Assembly: GCF_006345805.1 (NCBI RefSeq) | Contig: NW_021832798.1 | Coordinates: forward strand, 1 to 32,538 | DNA from: Octopus sinensis | Lineage: Eukaryota | Direction of reading: 5' to 3' | Length of the DNA stretch: 32,538 nt | Shown here: piece by piece, positions 1 to 12,184 of the stretch | How positions within the stretch are numbered: position 1 is the stretch's first letter | Layout of the letters: every line of letters starts with the position of its first letter | Translations under genes and position numbers: made by a program | The notes under the pieces: model-generated | The model's input: only the letters and a program-made list of their open reading frames with translations | What the model was told of the DNA's origin: nothing | The model's database searches: none

Positions 1-174
1 GACTAATCACGTTTGAATTCTCTCCAAATTGTCCTGCCTTCTTACATTCAACGTGTTTAAAGAAGAATTAGTATTTCCGTGGTTTGGGGTTTAACTCCTA
101 TTTCTAGCGTGTTGGAAAACCACTTGGTGGATTTTCCCTCCGTGTATAATTTTTATACGCAGATAGTATATATG

Positions 175-205
<31 letters not shown>

Positions 206-389
206 ATACTTTGCCGATAACAGATATGAGAAATAAAAATAAAATATTGTTAAATATAAAAATGGGTGTTTTTTTTTTTATAAAAGGTACCTGAAAGAAA
301 TCAGTTCTTAATATAAAACTACTGAATAGTTTTTTGTTGAGTTCAATTGTTCATGCGTCGACGTAGTTTCTCACTTCATAGATTCTTCA

Positions 390-530
390 AGCAAGAAAAC
401 AGGTTTGGGAGAATTTGGTGATGTGAGCTTAGGTACTTGGAGATAACCCTGTAAACCTGAAGCAAGAAAACAGGTTTGGGAGAATTTGGTGATGTGAGCT
501 TAGGTACTTGGAGATAACCCTGTAACCTGA
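390..530. repeat. Near-perfect tandem duplication, 2 x 70-71 bp
   Basis: AGCAAGAAAACAGGTTTGGGAG...CCCTGTAAACCTGA at 390-460 and again at 461-530 with a single A deleted. Each unit has an internal inverted repeat CAGGTTT/AAACCTG. Confidence 0.95.
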
Positions 531-1109
531 TCTATCGATAGAAAGAGAGAGAGAGAGAGAGAGAGATTGCGTGTGCGTGTGTATGTGTGTGTGTTATGCT
601 AAAAGGTTTAGTTTTTGATAAAAGTTTAATGACATAAAGAACATATCGTTTAGACAATATAAAAATACAGAGTCAGAGATTTAATTTATAGCAGCAGACG
701 TATTGAAAAAGAAAAAGTGAGTTTACAAGTGTTATTAGAAAATGATTGCATGTTGAGTCATTCAGTCAGGTTATGGTATAATTAATTTTCCAGGACATAG
801 AGAGTATTTATGAAAATGGCGACATTTAATCAAGATCTCTGATCTGAAATTAATACAGCCAGCAGATTTATTGGTGTTCATTAGTATGAAGTGCTTCTGA
901 ATTCTACACATTACATGTATTAGTTCAATGACTGTGTAGTTTACACATTTCGAGTGTTTAACTTATATCGAAATCAGGACTGTGCTCTTTAGCGTTTAAA
1001 CATAATCAGTTTAGTTAAATTTCTAACTCTTTATTTTCACGAGAAGCATTCTTGAAATATGTTTCTTGGACTTTATTTTCCATTGTACTAACATAGTAAT
1101 TGTACATAC

Positions 1110-1430
1110 AATATTTGGTGTGATGGAGCTGGCCTCTGTTTATAGATGAGGCAGAAGCCAGCACTGTTAATTGAAATCCAGCTCGATTTGTTTCTTTTGA
1201 ATAATTTCCTGCATCAATGATCAATGAAGACATTTGTTAAGGCTACGGAACTTCGTGCTGTTACATTTAACTTTCGAAGAGGAAGAAAGCGCGAACCAGA
1301 TAATTCTGCGCTGTCTTTAGTGTATGGCAGGAGATCAGGAATGCATTTCAGCTTATCTTTGTATCTAATACTTTGTTATAGTAAGGCCAGCTATGTCGAA
1401 GATTTCCTTATTGGACGACAGATTACAGAT
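1110..1430 (+). mobile_element. Possible highly decayed piggyBac-like transposase fragment
   Basis: Manual frameshifted translation gives FGVMELASVYR, FPASM-SMKTF and VWQEIRNAFQLIFVSNTLL**GQL. Order and approximate spacing recall piggyBac motifs FIGLLILAGVYR, FRATMSLKRF and VW...VTVDEQL. Weak, with several stops. Confidence 0.3.
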
Positions 1431-1877
1431 AATTCACCGATGTTATTGATTAACTTTTTGAAATCTATGAACGGATGATAGGATTCTGTGTTTATGTAAG
1501 TTTTTTTTAATTAGTTTGTTATATGATTTGTATTGACCTGTAGCAAGGTTGAAGGTAACATCCCAGAAATTTACGGAGTTCAAATTAGTGGTTATTTTAC
1601 AGGTCAAAATTATCAAATGTATTGATTACATTTTCCGGCTGTCCAACCTTTCGTATTTTTATAGATTAATGTATGTAGTAGTAGTAAATTCATTTTAAAG
1701 TGCATCTAGGATATACAGACTAATGAAATCACATTTATCAACGCTGCCGAACGTCTCCATATCAACACTGAACGAATCAACGAGTCTCATTTTCTTTCTT
1801 GAACTCGGGAGGAAATGCTTACGAGCAGAGTTTTTTTAGCAAGGACAATATCAATACTACTGTTTTCCTATGTGTTA

Positions 1878-1983
1878 TTTATATATATATAATATATAAT
1901 ATATATAAATGATTATATATATATATATATAGATATATATATATATATATATGTAATATATATATAATATATAGATAGTATTC

Positions 1984-2049
<66 letters not shown>

Positions 2050-2060
2050 TATATATATTC
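1878..2060. repeat. Interrupted (TA)n microsatellite
   Basis: Direct inspection. Confidence 0.95.
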
Positions 2061-2464
2061 TCTCTTGTTTCTTTTCGCCATGATAGTCACTACCACTACA
2101 CATTCTTTATTTTCTATCCTCGTTTCTTTCTGTGTTCCTTTATGTGGAGAGCGTAGGCTCGAAATGTTAAACACTTTTTCACTTCCCTAGCGTATATCTA
2201 ATCATCTGTTTGTTGTCTACACACCAGTCTCATCTTTTGTTTTTTTTTGTGAATTCTCCCTATATATATTATATAGAAATATTATATATAATATATATAT
2301 ACATCATAAATGCATTCATACATACACATATATATATATATGTATGTATGTATATATGTATGTATGTATGTATGTATGAGACACCAGACGCATACACGTG
2401 CACATATGACATTTTTAACATATAAACCTTTTAACACCAATTCCATGTTAAAAATAGATCGATT

Positions 2465-2963
2465 GAATGGACGCTCAGATTATTGGTGAGATATTTAATG
2501 CATGGTGGAGAGAACTCGACAAAAGGGATGACCCGGAAGAACAGAAACATTTATTTTGCTCGTTGACAATTGCTCTGTTCACTCAAAGTTGTAGCTATTA
2601 AATCAAAGTGGCATTCTTTTTTTCCAACAAACACATCGACAATTTAATATGCGACCAGTGTATTATCAAATCTTTGAAATAATCAAATGTTGACCAGAAA
2701 TCTCATTTCTCTTACATTCATGGTCAACCAACAATAAAAGGAAATGACCTCATCAGGAAAATCTCATCATTTGATGCTATTCATCTTATCACAAAAATCA
2801 CAAAAGCGTGCAACAATCAAACGACTTTGACGATAATCAGGTTTTTTAAAAAAAAAAATATCAGTTTAGTTTTACAGCTGGCGAGGTACTCCTGCTGAAG
2901 AAAATGTGTTGATCTTCCTCCAGTCATACTGATGAGAAACGATTTGAAGACTACAGCATCCCG

Positions 2964-3009
<46 letters not shown>

Positions 3010-3425
3010 AGAGAGAGAGAGAGGGAGCGAGAGAGAGAGATGCATAAAGGAAGAGAGGGAACAAACAGATAGATAAAGAGAAATGTACTGGATAATGGAA
3101 TTTTAAATTCACTGTATCTGAATAAATGACGAGATGGTCACGGCCGGAATGCTTTTGGTCATGGAAATCTAAGTCAGAGTTTATCTGGGATTAATCAACA
3201 ACAACAACAACAACAAAAATAACGATTTACATAACCAACATTCGGGATGATTTGGAGTACTACAGCATCCCAAAAGTTGAGGAGATGGTTGGATCATTCT
3301 TGATTGCTGGGGGAAAATTAACAGATAGGTATGGCAATATTGATAACGAAGGGGAACATACGATTTTTCTCAAAAACAGGCAATAGACGTGCCTAGACTC
3401 GTTCTTTCAACAGGCAGACAACAAA
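2465..3425 (+). mobile_element. Decayed pogo/Tigger (CENP-B-like DDE_1) transposase remnant, interrupted by a microsatellite/insert at about 2963-3248
   Basis: Frameshifted translation: AWWRELDKRMTRKNRNILLLVDNCSVH (2500-2582), IKVAFF.PTNTS, CDQCIIKSLK, ISSFDAIHLI and C-terminal KNRQ*TCLDSFFQ. These match Tigger motifs LLLLDNC.AH, FLPPNTTS..QP.DQGII...K and KQT.LDSFF. Confidence 0.85.
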
Positions 3426-3899
3426 TTAGAAAAAGAAAAACTGAAATGTTTGACTAGAGCGAATCTGCAACTGCAGACAACCAAAGATCAGAAAAGTTAT
3501 CAACTAAATCCTACAGTGACATTTAAAATGTCATACTCGTGCAAATTACACATATATATTGTTGATTCCCATATAGGAAATCGAGGCAAAAAAAGAAAAA
3601 AGAAAACATATATTTTAACAAATAGTTGTATCTCCATAAAACGTAAGTAATCGTTATTAGTTTATTGTTAAGAAAACTTGTTGCAGATCGATTAGATATA
3701 TCATGTGGTGAACAAGTCGATCTGCGTTCATTTTCCAATATATCACACAAACAAATATTATTTCCTGCAGCGACACATCGACAGTTCTTTACTAATTTAT
3801 GCTTGTTTTATTACATAAACCTTAGCCACAATACCTCAGTAATGACAATATCGGGAAATCTCGTAATTTATTGTTTGCTGGTCGAAGAATTTGGTTAAT

Positions 3900-3969
3900 T
3901 GAATTTGGTTAATCCGGTTAATCGCATAATAATTCATAATCGAGAATATGCGTTGAACGGAATCAACTG
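3900..3969 (+). mobile_element. Possible right terminal inverted repeat of the Tigger-like element
   Basis: Ends ...GAACGGAATCAACTG next to TG/TA repeats, resembling pogo/Tigger CAGT...ACTG termini. No left partner found in the window. Confidence 0.3.
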
Positions 3970-4019
3970 TGTATATGTATGTATGCATCTATGTATGTAG
4001 TTACAGCTCTCTCTCTCTC

Positions 4020-4084
<65 letters not shown>

Positions 4085-4570
4085 TATCTATATATAATAT
4101 ATTATATACATACATATATACATATATATGCATATATATACATACATATATATAGGCATACACCCACATATACATATGCATACACCCATACACATAAACA
4201 CGTTATTCTGAGCACCCCAATCCTCCCTTCCTCCTCCTTCCCTTCTCCATCTCTCTCGCTCTCAGTATCTCACAATTTGCTCACTATTAAGTCTCCATTA
4301 CTTGTTCTACTGTCCCACTCTCTAACTCCCTTTGTCCACCAGACCCGCAATGTAACCAGACATCCTAAAATCGATATCGTTTTTATTTTTTCTCTGTCTA
4401 TTGCCCTCATTTTGTTTACTTCTCCTGGATAAGGGTGATAACCAGAACTATTGGACCCTTCTTTTTTTTTCTTTTGCTGTATTTTCATTATACAAAATTA
4501 TTTTCACTGTACGCATTGCTTGAGTCTCGTTCCATAATTCTACGCTTTTCTTATCAAATGTTATAGTTAT

Positions 4571-4789
4571 CTTTTATCTTGTACTCGCTTCAGTCATTAG
4601 ACTGCGGCCATGCTGGGGCACTGCCTTGAGGAATTTTAGTCGAACTAATCGACCCCAGTTCTTATTTTCCTTTCAAACTTTGCACTTATCAGTCTCTTTT
4701 GCCGAACCGCTAAGGTATAGGACGTAAACACACAAACACCGGTCGTCAAGTGGTAGCGGGGACACACACATACACACACACACAGACAC

Positions 4790-4825
<36 letters not shown>

Positions 4826-4870
4826 ACACTTACACACACACATGACAGGTTTCTTTTCAGTTTCCGTCTA
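4571..4870 (-). mobile_element. SINE family A, 3' two-thirds including the internal (CA)n
   Basis: Colinear with the full-length copy at 11525-11942 (CAGTCATT.GACTGCGGCCATGCTGG, GCCGAACCGCTAA, GGACGTAAACAC, TTTCAGTTTCCGTCTA). Confidence 0.9.
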
Positions 4871-5074
4871 TTTACTGATTTTTATGTGAAGGAAAACGGG
4901 ATAACATATGAAACTCGGTTAAATAACTCGTTAAGAGTATAAAACCGTGTTAAGTTGAAAGACGTCGCGTTATTTTAAAATCGCAATGTAAGTTCATCTT
5001 AAAATAACATTTGTAACCTGCTTTACATCCCTGTATCCACTTCTTTACACTTCTTATTTCATTAAAAGTTTGCG

Positions 5075-5106
5075 CGCGTATTTGTGTATGTATGTATGTA
5101 TGTATG

Positions 5107-5137
<31 letters not shown>

Positions 5138-5200
5138 TATGTATGTATGTATGTATGTATGCATGTATGTATGAATGTATGTATATATATATATATATAT

Positions 5201-5232
<32 letters not shown>

Positions 5233-5504
5233 GTATATATATATTATATATGTATATATACATATATATGCATATGTGAAGTACACACACGTATGTATGG
5301 ATTTGACATACATACATATACACACACCACACACACACAGACGCACATATGATATCTACATATGTAATATCTATAAGCAGGTTTTCGATGACAAATTTCG
5401 AGACATCTGCTGTCATTCGACCTCAGAATACTTCCAACTCCAAGCTAGACGGGTTTCTACCACCATTGTGGGCGGTAAGATGATACAACACACACATACA
5501 CACA

Positions 5505-5545
<41 letters not shown>

Positions 5546-5589
5546 TCATTCACACACACACACACATTCATTTACACACACACATACAC

Positions 5590-5620
<31 letters not shown>
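5075..5620. repeat. Compound (TATG)n/(TA)n/(CA)n microsatellites with a short unique spacer at about 5360-5485
   Basis: Direct inspection. Confidence 0.9.
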
Positions 5621-5627
<7 letters not shown>

Positions 5628-6384
5628 ATACGACACCAGAATCAACCGCAACCTTCAACCTTTAAAGATCTTTTTCTATTTCTAGAAAATTTTACATCAA
5701 GTCTTAAGTGGTGACGTCACTTTGATGTCATATCGCTAGGTTTCTCTCTCCCTCCCTCCCTCTCTCGCTGTCTTTCGCTTGCTCTTTCTGCATCTATCTT
5801 ACTCGGTTTCCACTTCTCTATTCCTCTCTGTAGAATATGTAAACAGATATCGACGTACAGAAACTCATACACACGCTACGTATGTTATAACGAAGATACA
5901 ACTGTATTTCGGTTCAGACTTGTTTTCAATTAAAATGCCTTAAATTTTCTTACCAATAATTTATGTTTACCTCGAGACAATGACATTTCTAAGTCTATTA
6001 ACGTTTCTAGATTTCCTCAGGATCATTATCTGGACAAAGTAGATCATGGGGATTCTTTATTGCAGTGTTCATGTAGAAAGCAGCAAGGATCACGGGAATG
6101 ATTATGTATTTCAGAAATATAGCATCCTTAGGAATTTAAAAAAAAAAAAAAGCTGTATCACACTTCATTCAGAAGATGTGACCACGAAAGAGTAAATATG
6201 TCAGTCGACTTAGAACTGGTATTGTTCCAATCAGTACAGAATAAAAATAATGCTGATGATGATGATGATTCGCAGGGTTCTTGAAGCATGACCAGTAAAC
6301 AAGTGAGTATGATGGAAAGTGTCTCCTGGCTGTGGACAGCTGACACTCTCCATCATACCCAGCAAAATAAGCAGTGAGTTTTCA

Positions 6385-6444
<60 letters not shown>

Positions 6445-6524
6445 CACCACCACCACCACCACCACCACCACCACTACTACTACTACTATACTACTACTAC
6501 TACTACTACCACAACACCACCACC

Positions 6525-6572
<48 letters not shown>

Positions 6573-6594
6573 GATAATAATAATAATAATAATA
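6385..6594. repeat. Compound trinucleotide microsatellite (TAC)n(CAC)n(TAC)n(TAA)n
   Basis: Direct inspection. Confidence 0.95.
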
Positions 6595-6702
6595 ATGCCC
6601 TGATGCAGTACCATGCCCTGATGCAGTTCCATGCCCTGATGCAGTACCATGCCCTGATGCAGTACCATGCCCTGATGCAGTACCATGCCCTGATGCAGTA
6701 CC
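6595..6702. repeat. 18-bp tandem repeat x6 (ATGCCCTGATGCAGTACC)
   Basis: Six units at 6595, 6613, 6631, 6649, 6667 and 6685; one substitution, in unit 2. Confidence 0.97.
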
Positions 6703-7236
6703 AGGCAGTGGCTCTCATGGCTTCTGATCTTAACTGATGGAAGTGTTATCATGTACATTGTTTTGTCTTGGTATAAAAGATGGGCTACAGCAAATATTCT
6801 GCTCAATACCACAGATTTGCTTGTCAGTTGTTTGACCTTAACCAGTTGAGCATTGTCCTTAGTGGCTGACGATATGTGCATCTCTGATCACGAGCAGAAG
6901 TAGTGGGGGAGCATCATGGCCATGTGTTGAGAGGGATTCTTTGGGGTTTGAATAATTCACCTCTGGAAACATGGGTGGTTCTTTCAACATCCTTAAACAA
7001 CCCTTATTCAGGGACCTTTTGAGCGGGATGGGTACTCAACCTGAAGAAAATTCTAACTGGGCCCCACCTGCAAGGTCATGTGCTGTTTATCTTGATATGA
7101 GATCACCATGTCGCGCACATATGGTTGTGATGCATGTGCCTGTGTACCCTTATCAGACGGGTAGTCATGATGGGTATATTGGGCTTCGTTATTTTACCCC
7201 AGTGTCACTTTGATGGCATGCACTGCTCTCTCACTC
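6595..7236. mobile_element. Unclassified interspersed element (about 640 bp) embedded in (AAT)n
   Basis: Complex-sequence block with sharp boundaries against (AAT)n on both sides and no credible ORF. I recall it as a recurrent octopus repeat but cannot verify that. Confidence 0.55.
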
Positions 7237-7318
7237 AATAATAATAATATAATAATAATAATAATAAATAATAATAATATAATAATAATAATAATGATAA
7301 TAATATAAATTAATAATG

Positions 7319-7380
<62 letters not shown>
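7237..7380. repeat. (AAT)n microsatellite
   Basis: Direct inspection. Confidence 0.95.
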
Positions 7381-7381
<1 letters not shown>

Positions 7382-7680
7382 GCCCCATGCTAAAAAAAAC
7401 TGGTGGGAACACAAACCACCTCCAGTGCTTGAAAATGACCTCATCTCACTCTTCTGGAACTTCGCCGTTCAAACTGACGGAAAGATAGATGCGAATAGGC
7501 CAGACATTATATTGAAGGACTTCAAACAAAAACCATGCCTCCTCATTGATATGACTGTCCCAATCGACATAAATATATTTCTCAAGACCTACCAAATGTG
7601 GAACCTCAAGACTAAAACAATACTTGTCATAGATGCCCTAGGAATGATAGCAAAAGTTTGGAACAGTAAAATCCCAAATC
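7381..7680 (+). mobile_element. R4/Dong-type non-LTR retrotransposon, restriction-like endonuclease (RLE) fragment, truncated at both ends
   Basis: WWEHKPPPVLEND...FWNFAVQTDGKIDANRPDIILKDFKQKPCLLIDMTVPIDIN; homologous to 10958-11312; in-frame 42-bp deletion after KTYQ. Confidence 0.88.
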
Positions 7681-7780
7681 CATCAGTAAAGCTTTTAAGC
7701 TTTCACCGTCAACCCTTCTACACAATATAATGCTTGTGTGGTGGGTTGTCTTCTTACTGGGCTAGTATTAATGATGAAAG

Positions 7781-7925
7781 TGGAGGCGCGTGGCTTTGTG
7801 GTTAGGGTGTCAGCACCATGATCGTAAGATTGTGGTTTCGATTCCTGGACCTGGCCACGCGTTGTGTTCTTGAGCAAAACACTTTATTTCACGTTGCTCC
7901 AGTTCACTCAGCTGGCAAAAATGGC
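7781..7925 (+). mobile_element. SINE family B relative: tRNA-like head plus central domain, 3' truncated
   Basis: A-box-like TGGCTTTGTGG and B-box-like GGTTTCGATTCC; head homologous to the copies whose 5' ends are at 12980 and 20573. TTGAGCAAAACACT...TTGCTCCAGTTCACTCAGCTG resembles a CORE-type domain (from memory). Confidence 0.8.
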
Positions 7926-8473
7926 TAGGCTTTAAAAAGGGCGCATTTATTTATTTTATTTATTAATGATGAAAGCAATTTTCATCGCACGAACATAATT
8001 CTAAAACAAAAGAGTTTGGATTTAAATCCTGCAGAACTCGTGCATTCAATATGTTATGTATGCATACTGAATGCATTTCATAAGTTACGCTTGGGCCTCA
8101 AATTTCGTGCTTGTAAAATGCTTCTTTGACAAGAGCTGTACGCAAAACTCGAGGACCTAGTCTGTTTTTAGAGTGAAATAGTAAAGCGAGTCGTTTGGTC
8201 TATGGAAACAGAAAACTCACAGCAAACTAATAACAAGAGGAAATGATCATAGTTCAGTAGTATTTCTGTTTATCTGTTGTCTGTGTGAGCCTGGTTGCGT
8301 GCGGGCACGCATGCGCAATTTATTAATAGAATACGACGAAATTAGTTCATTATAATGAAGTTGGAAAACGGAAACGATTTACACTTCAAAAGAATCATTT
8401 AAAAGTTTCTACATACACTACAAATAAATATTGAGTTCTTAATGAGAATTACAAACAGACACACCTTAAGACT

Positions 8474-8536
8474 ACATACATATATACATACATACATACA
8501 TACATACATACATACATACATACATACATACATACA

Positions 8537-8570
<34 letters not shown>

Positions 8571-9098
8571 CATACATACATGCATGCATACATGCATACA
8601 TACATACATGCATGCATACATACATACATGCATACATACATACATTCATACATACATACATACATACATACATACATACATACACACTACATACATACAT
8701 ACATACATACATACATACATACATGCATGCATGCATACATGCATACATACATACATACTTACATACATACGTGCATACATGCATACATGCATATATACAT
8801 ACATACATACATACATACATACATACATACATACATACGTACATATATACATACATACATGCATGCATGCATACATACATACATACATACAACATACATA
8901 CATACTTACATACATACATACACACATACATACATGCATGCATACATACATACATACATACATACATACATACAAACATACATACATACATACATGCATT
9001 CATACATACATACATACATACATACATACATACATACATACACGCATACATACATGCATGCATACATACATACATACATACATACATACATACATACA

Positions 9099-9132
<34 letters not shown>

Positions 9133-9150
9133 CACGCATACATACATACA
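8474..9150. repeat. Very long (TACA)n microsatellite with variant units
   Basis: About 680 bp; source of the HTYI/MYVC pseudo-ORFs. Confidence 0.97.
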
Positions 9151-9406
9151 TACACGTACAGTGTGCATAAAATCGTATTTCAGCCTTTTTTTTATAGTCC
9201 TTTTTTGTATTTTTTTATTTCTACCATCATTACCTAAATATAGACATGCGTGTCTGCATGCACGAAGACAAACATGCACGCACGCACACATACAAACACA
9301 CCTACACACAAATACACACACACGTACACATTCACATATATACATTCACACATACATACATGCATACAAACATACATACATACATACATACATACATACT
9401 ACATAC

Positions 9407-9464
<58 letters not shown>

Positions 9465-9547
9465 GTATATATATATATATATATTATATATATTATATAT
9501 ATAAACACAAGTGCATGTTTATATATGTATATGCATATCCATGAATA

Positions 9548-9565
9548 TCTATCATCTATCTATCC

Positions 9566-9624
<59 letters not shown>

Positions 9625-9683
9625 CATCTATCCATCTGTCTATCTATCTATCCATCTATCTATCTCTATCTATCTATCTATCA

Positions 9684-9723
<40 letters not shown>

Positions 9724-9753
9724 CCATCTATCCATCTGTCTATCTATCTATCC

Positions 9754-9820
<67 letters not shown>

Positions 9821-9830
9821 ATTCTATCTA
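9548..9830. repeat. (TCTA)n / GATA-type microsatellite
   Basis: Direct inspection. Confidence 0.97.
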
Positions 9831-10362
9831 TAGATACATATATATATATATAATATATATATATATATATTATATATATATATATGTACACGTACAGACA
9901 TATAACTGTACACGTATATGCATAAACAACAACGCATGCGGATGTAATTCTCCCCGTACACAAATACATTTATAGCTTTCATGTGATCAGATCACGATCT
10001 CCCGTCTTCTGCCAACCAACAACAGACATTTTCAAAGCAAACAAGTCAAAGTCACAGATAAGACAGAGCTTTAGTGACAGCCATGAACGCTAACACAATA
10101 CAATGACAGCCGTGAACAGAACGCGTACAATGCGGCGGCATGTGCTGCTCGGTTTTCTGAATTGAATCACAAAAGATTTCTTCTGTTTCGCTGTTCTTTG
10201 TTGAAATTTGTGTTTCAATATTTCCTAATTTAATGTCTTTCAGTTTTGATTGCCTTTGTTAAAGCTCCATTTTAATAGATACCATGACACATACACATAT
10301 ACGTACGTATATGTATGTATGTATGTATGTAATATATATAATAATATTATATATATATATAT

Positions 10363-10393
<31 letters not shown>

Positions 10394-10415
10394 ACTATGT
10401 ATTATATATAATGTA

Positions 10416-10450
<35 letters not shown>

Positions 10451-10674
10451 TGTATGTATGTATATATCTATATAATAATATATATATATAGATGTATATA
10501 TAATTATATATGTATATATTCTGTATATATCTATGTATGGTATGTATGTATATGTACACACACAAACATACACACACAGTGTGTGTGTGGTATTTGACGA
10601 AATAATTGATAATTAAATCAAATGCAATTAAATAAAAGAATTTGTGTACATGTTTTTGATAAGATTCCTCGTAA

Positions 10675-10950
10675 GAATATTCTATGAATCCGCCTTCAGC
10701 ATCGTTAATTGCTTCAATGCATAACCGCGGACCAGAATCATTGTCATGTCTGCATTAAGTGGTCTTCATCCGTTGCAGGCATCAACTGGACAATGGCGAC
10801 CTTCAACGAAGCTATGATGTTGTGAGGATGTCGATAAGTCTTCCTTTCAACGACGCTCCAAACACAGAAGTCCAAAGGCGAGTGAGTTTGGAGGTCACGA
10901 GTTTGGTGTTGCATGATCGTAAAGGTTGTCTGACATTCATTCTCGGGTTA
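10675..10950 (-). mobile_element. Decayed Tc1/mariner-superfamily transposase C-terminus (maT/DD37D-like)
   Basis: Minus-strand translation with frameshifts: E*MSDNLYDHATPNS*PPNS..PLDFCVWSVVERKTYRHPHNIIASLKVAIVQ...IEAINDAEGGFIE. Matches the WPPNSPDLNPLD and IEAVI.A.GG motifs. Confidence 0.85.
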
Positions 10951-10957
10951 CATAGGG

Positions 10958-11505
10958 TTTGAACTTCATTCAAACTGACAGAAAGATAGATGCGAATAGG
11001 CCAGACATCATACTGAAAGACTGCAGGCAAAAATCATGCCTCCTCATTGATATGACTGTCCCAATCGATATAAACGTATCTGTCAAGACCTACCAAAAAC
11101 TGGGCAAATATAAAGATCTTGAAATAGAAATTAGCAAAATGTTGAACCTGAAGACTAAAACAATACCTGTTGTCATAGGTGCCCTGGGAATGATAGCAAA
11201 AGGGGCTGATTGCTACCTAGCTCAGATACCAGGAACCCCCAAAATGCCAGAAATTCAAAAGATAGTGCTCATGGGAACTGCTCATATCCTACGCAAAGCA
11301 CTTTCTATGTAATCTCAAGTTTTAAAACAAACATAATTTTCTTATGGTTTCTTAAACATTCTCTAGAACAACGCTATGTACAAAACCAAATATATGGTAC
11401 CCTGGGCATAACAACAACATGAACTTCCAACTTGTTGTCTCTTGAGGTCTCTGGGTGAGACTTGGAGCCAACTTGTACAAATGTAAAGCAAAAGTCAAAC
11501 ATAAA
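10958..11505 (+). mobile_element. R4/Dong-type LINE 3' end: RLE domain, stop at 11312, 3' UTR and (AAT)n tail
   Basis: IQTDRKIDANRPDIILKDCRQKSCLLIDMTVPIDINVSVKTYQKLGKYKDLEIEISKM...PVVIGALG...IQKIVLMGTAHILRKAL* contains the RPD-D-K..KY endonuclease motif. The 3' UTR is repeated at 13100 and 27921. Confidence 0.93.
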
Positions 11506-11524
11506 ATAATAATAATAATAATAA

Positions 11525-11942
11525 TTCTTTTTTCTTTTATTCTTTTACTTGTTTCAGTCATTTGACTGCGGCCATGCTGGAGCACCGCCTTTAGTCGAGC
11601 AAATCGACCCCGGGACTTATTCTTTGTAAGCCCAGTACTTATTCTATCGGTCTCTTTTGCCGAACCGCTAATTGACGGGGACGTAAACACACCAGCATCG
11701 GTTGTCAAGCAATGCTAGGGAGACAAACACAGACACACAAGCACACACACGCATATATACATATATATATACATATATACGACGGGCTTCTTTCAGTTTC
11801 CGTCTACCAAATCCACTCACAAGGCATTGGTCGGCCCGAGGCTATAGTAGAAGACACTTGTCCAAGTTGCCACGCAGTGGGACTGAACCCAGCACTATGT
11901 GGTTGGTAAACAAGCTACTTACCACACAGCCACTCCTACGCC
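11525..11942 (-). mobile_element. SINE family A, full length (tRNA head, internal microsatellite, 3' tail GACTGAAACAAGTAAAAGAATAAAAG)
   Basis: A box TGGCTGTGTGG and B box GGTTCAGTCCC; homologous to at least 7 other segments in the window; flanked by (AAT)n. Confidence 0.95.
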
Positions 11943-12184
11943 TAATGATAATAATACTTATAATAATAATGATGATGATAATTTCATTTATTTGCCACCA
12001 GAACGAAGGATGACGGAGACAATACAAAGACAGACATAAAATGTTGGGGTTTCCGTACAATGAGATGATAAAATAATTGAAAAAAGAAAAAAAAGAAAAT
12101 GTGAAAGACACGGAATTTCGAAATATCGTTCATTCGTTTCGTTTTTCATTTTAATAAGCAGAGTCAATCTCTATTTATTACCTA

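Noticed and set aside
345-400. Hammerhead-like string on the minus strand (UUGAAGA...GAGAAACUACGUCGAC-GCAUGAA)
   Set aside because: C3 is missing, helix II is only about 2 bp, and helix I pairs only if the cleavage triplet is GAC. It needs at least three back-mutations, so at best it is a dead relic.
2929-2941. CTGATGAGAAAC hammerhead core look-alike
   Set aside because: No helix II between CUGAUGA and GAAA, and it lies within the transposase remnant.
6486-6881. ORF with LHQGMV repeats and poly-S/G/V
   Set aside because: Produced by the 18-bp repeat plus trinucleotide microsatellites.
8399-9975. Long ORFs (up to 310 aa) of HTYI/MYVC/IYLS repeats
   Set aside because: Translations of tetranucleotide microsatellites, open in several frames on both strands.
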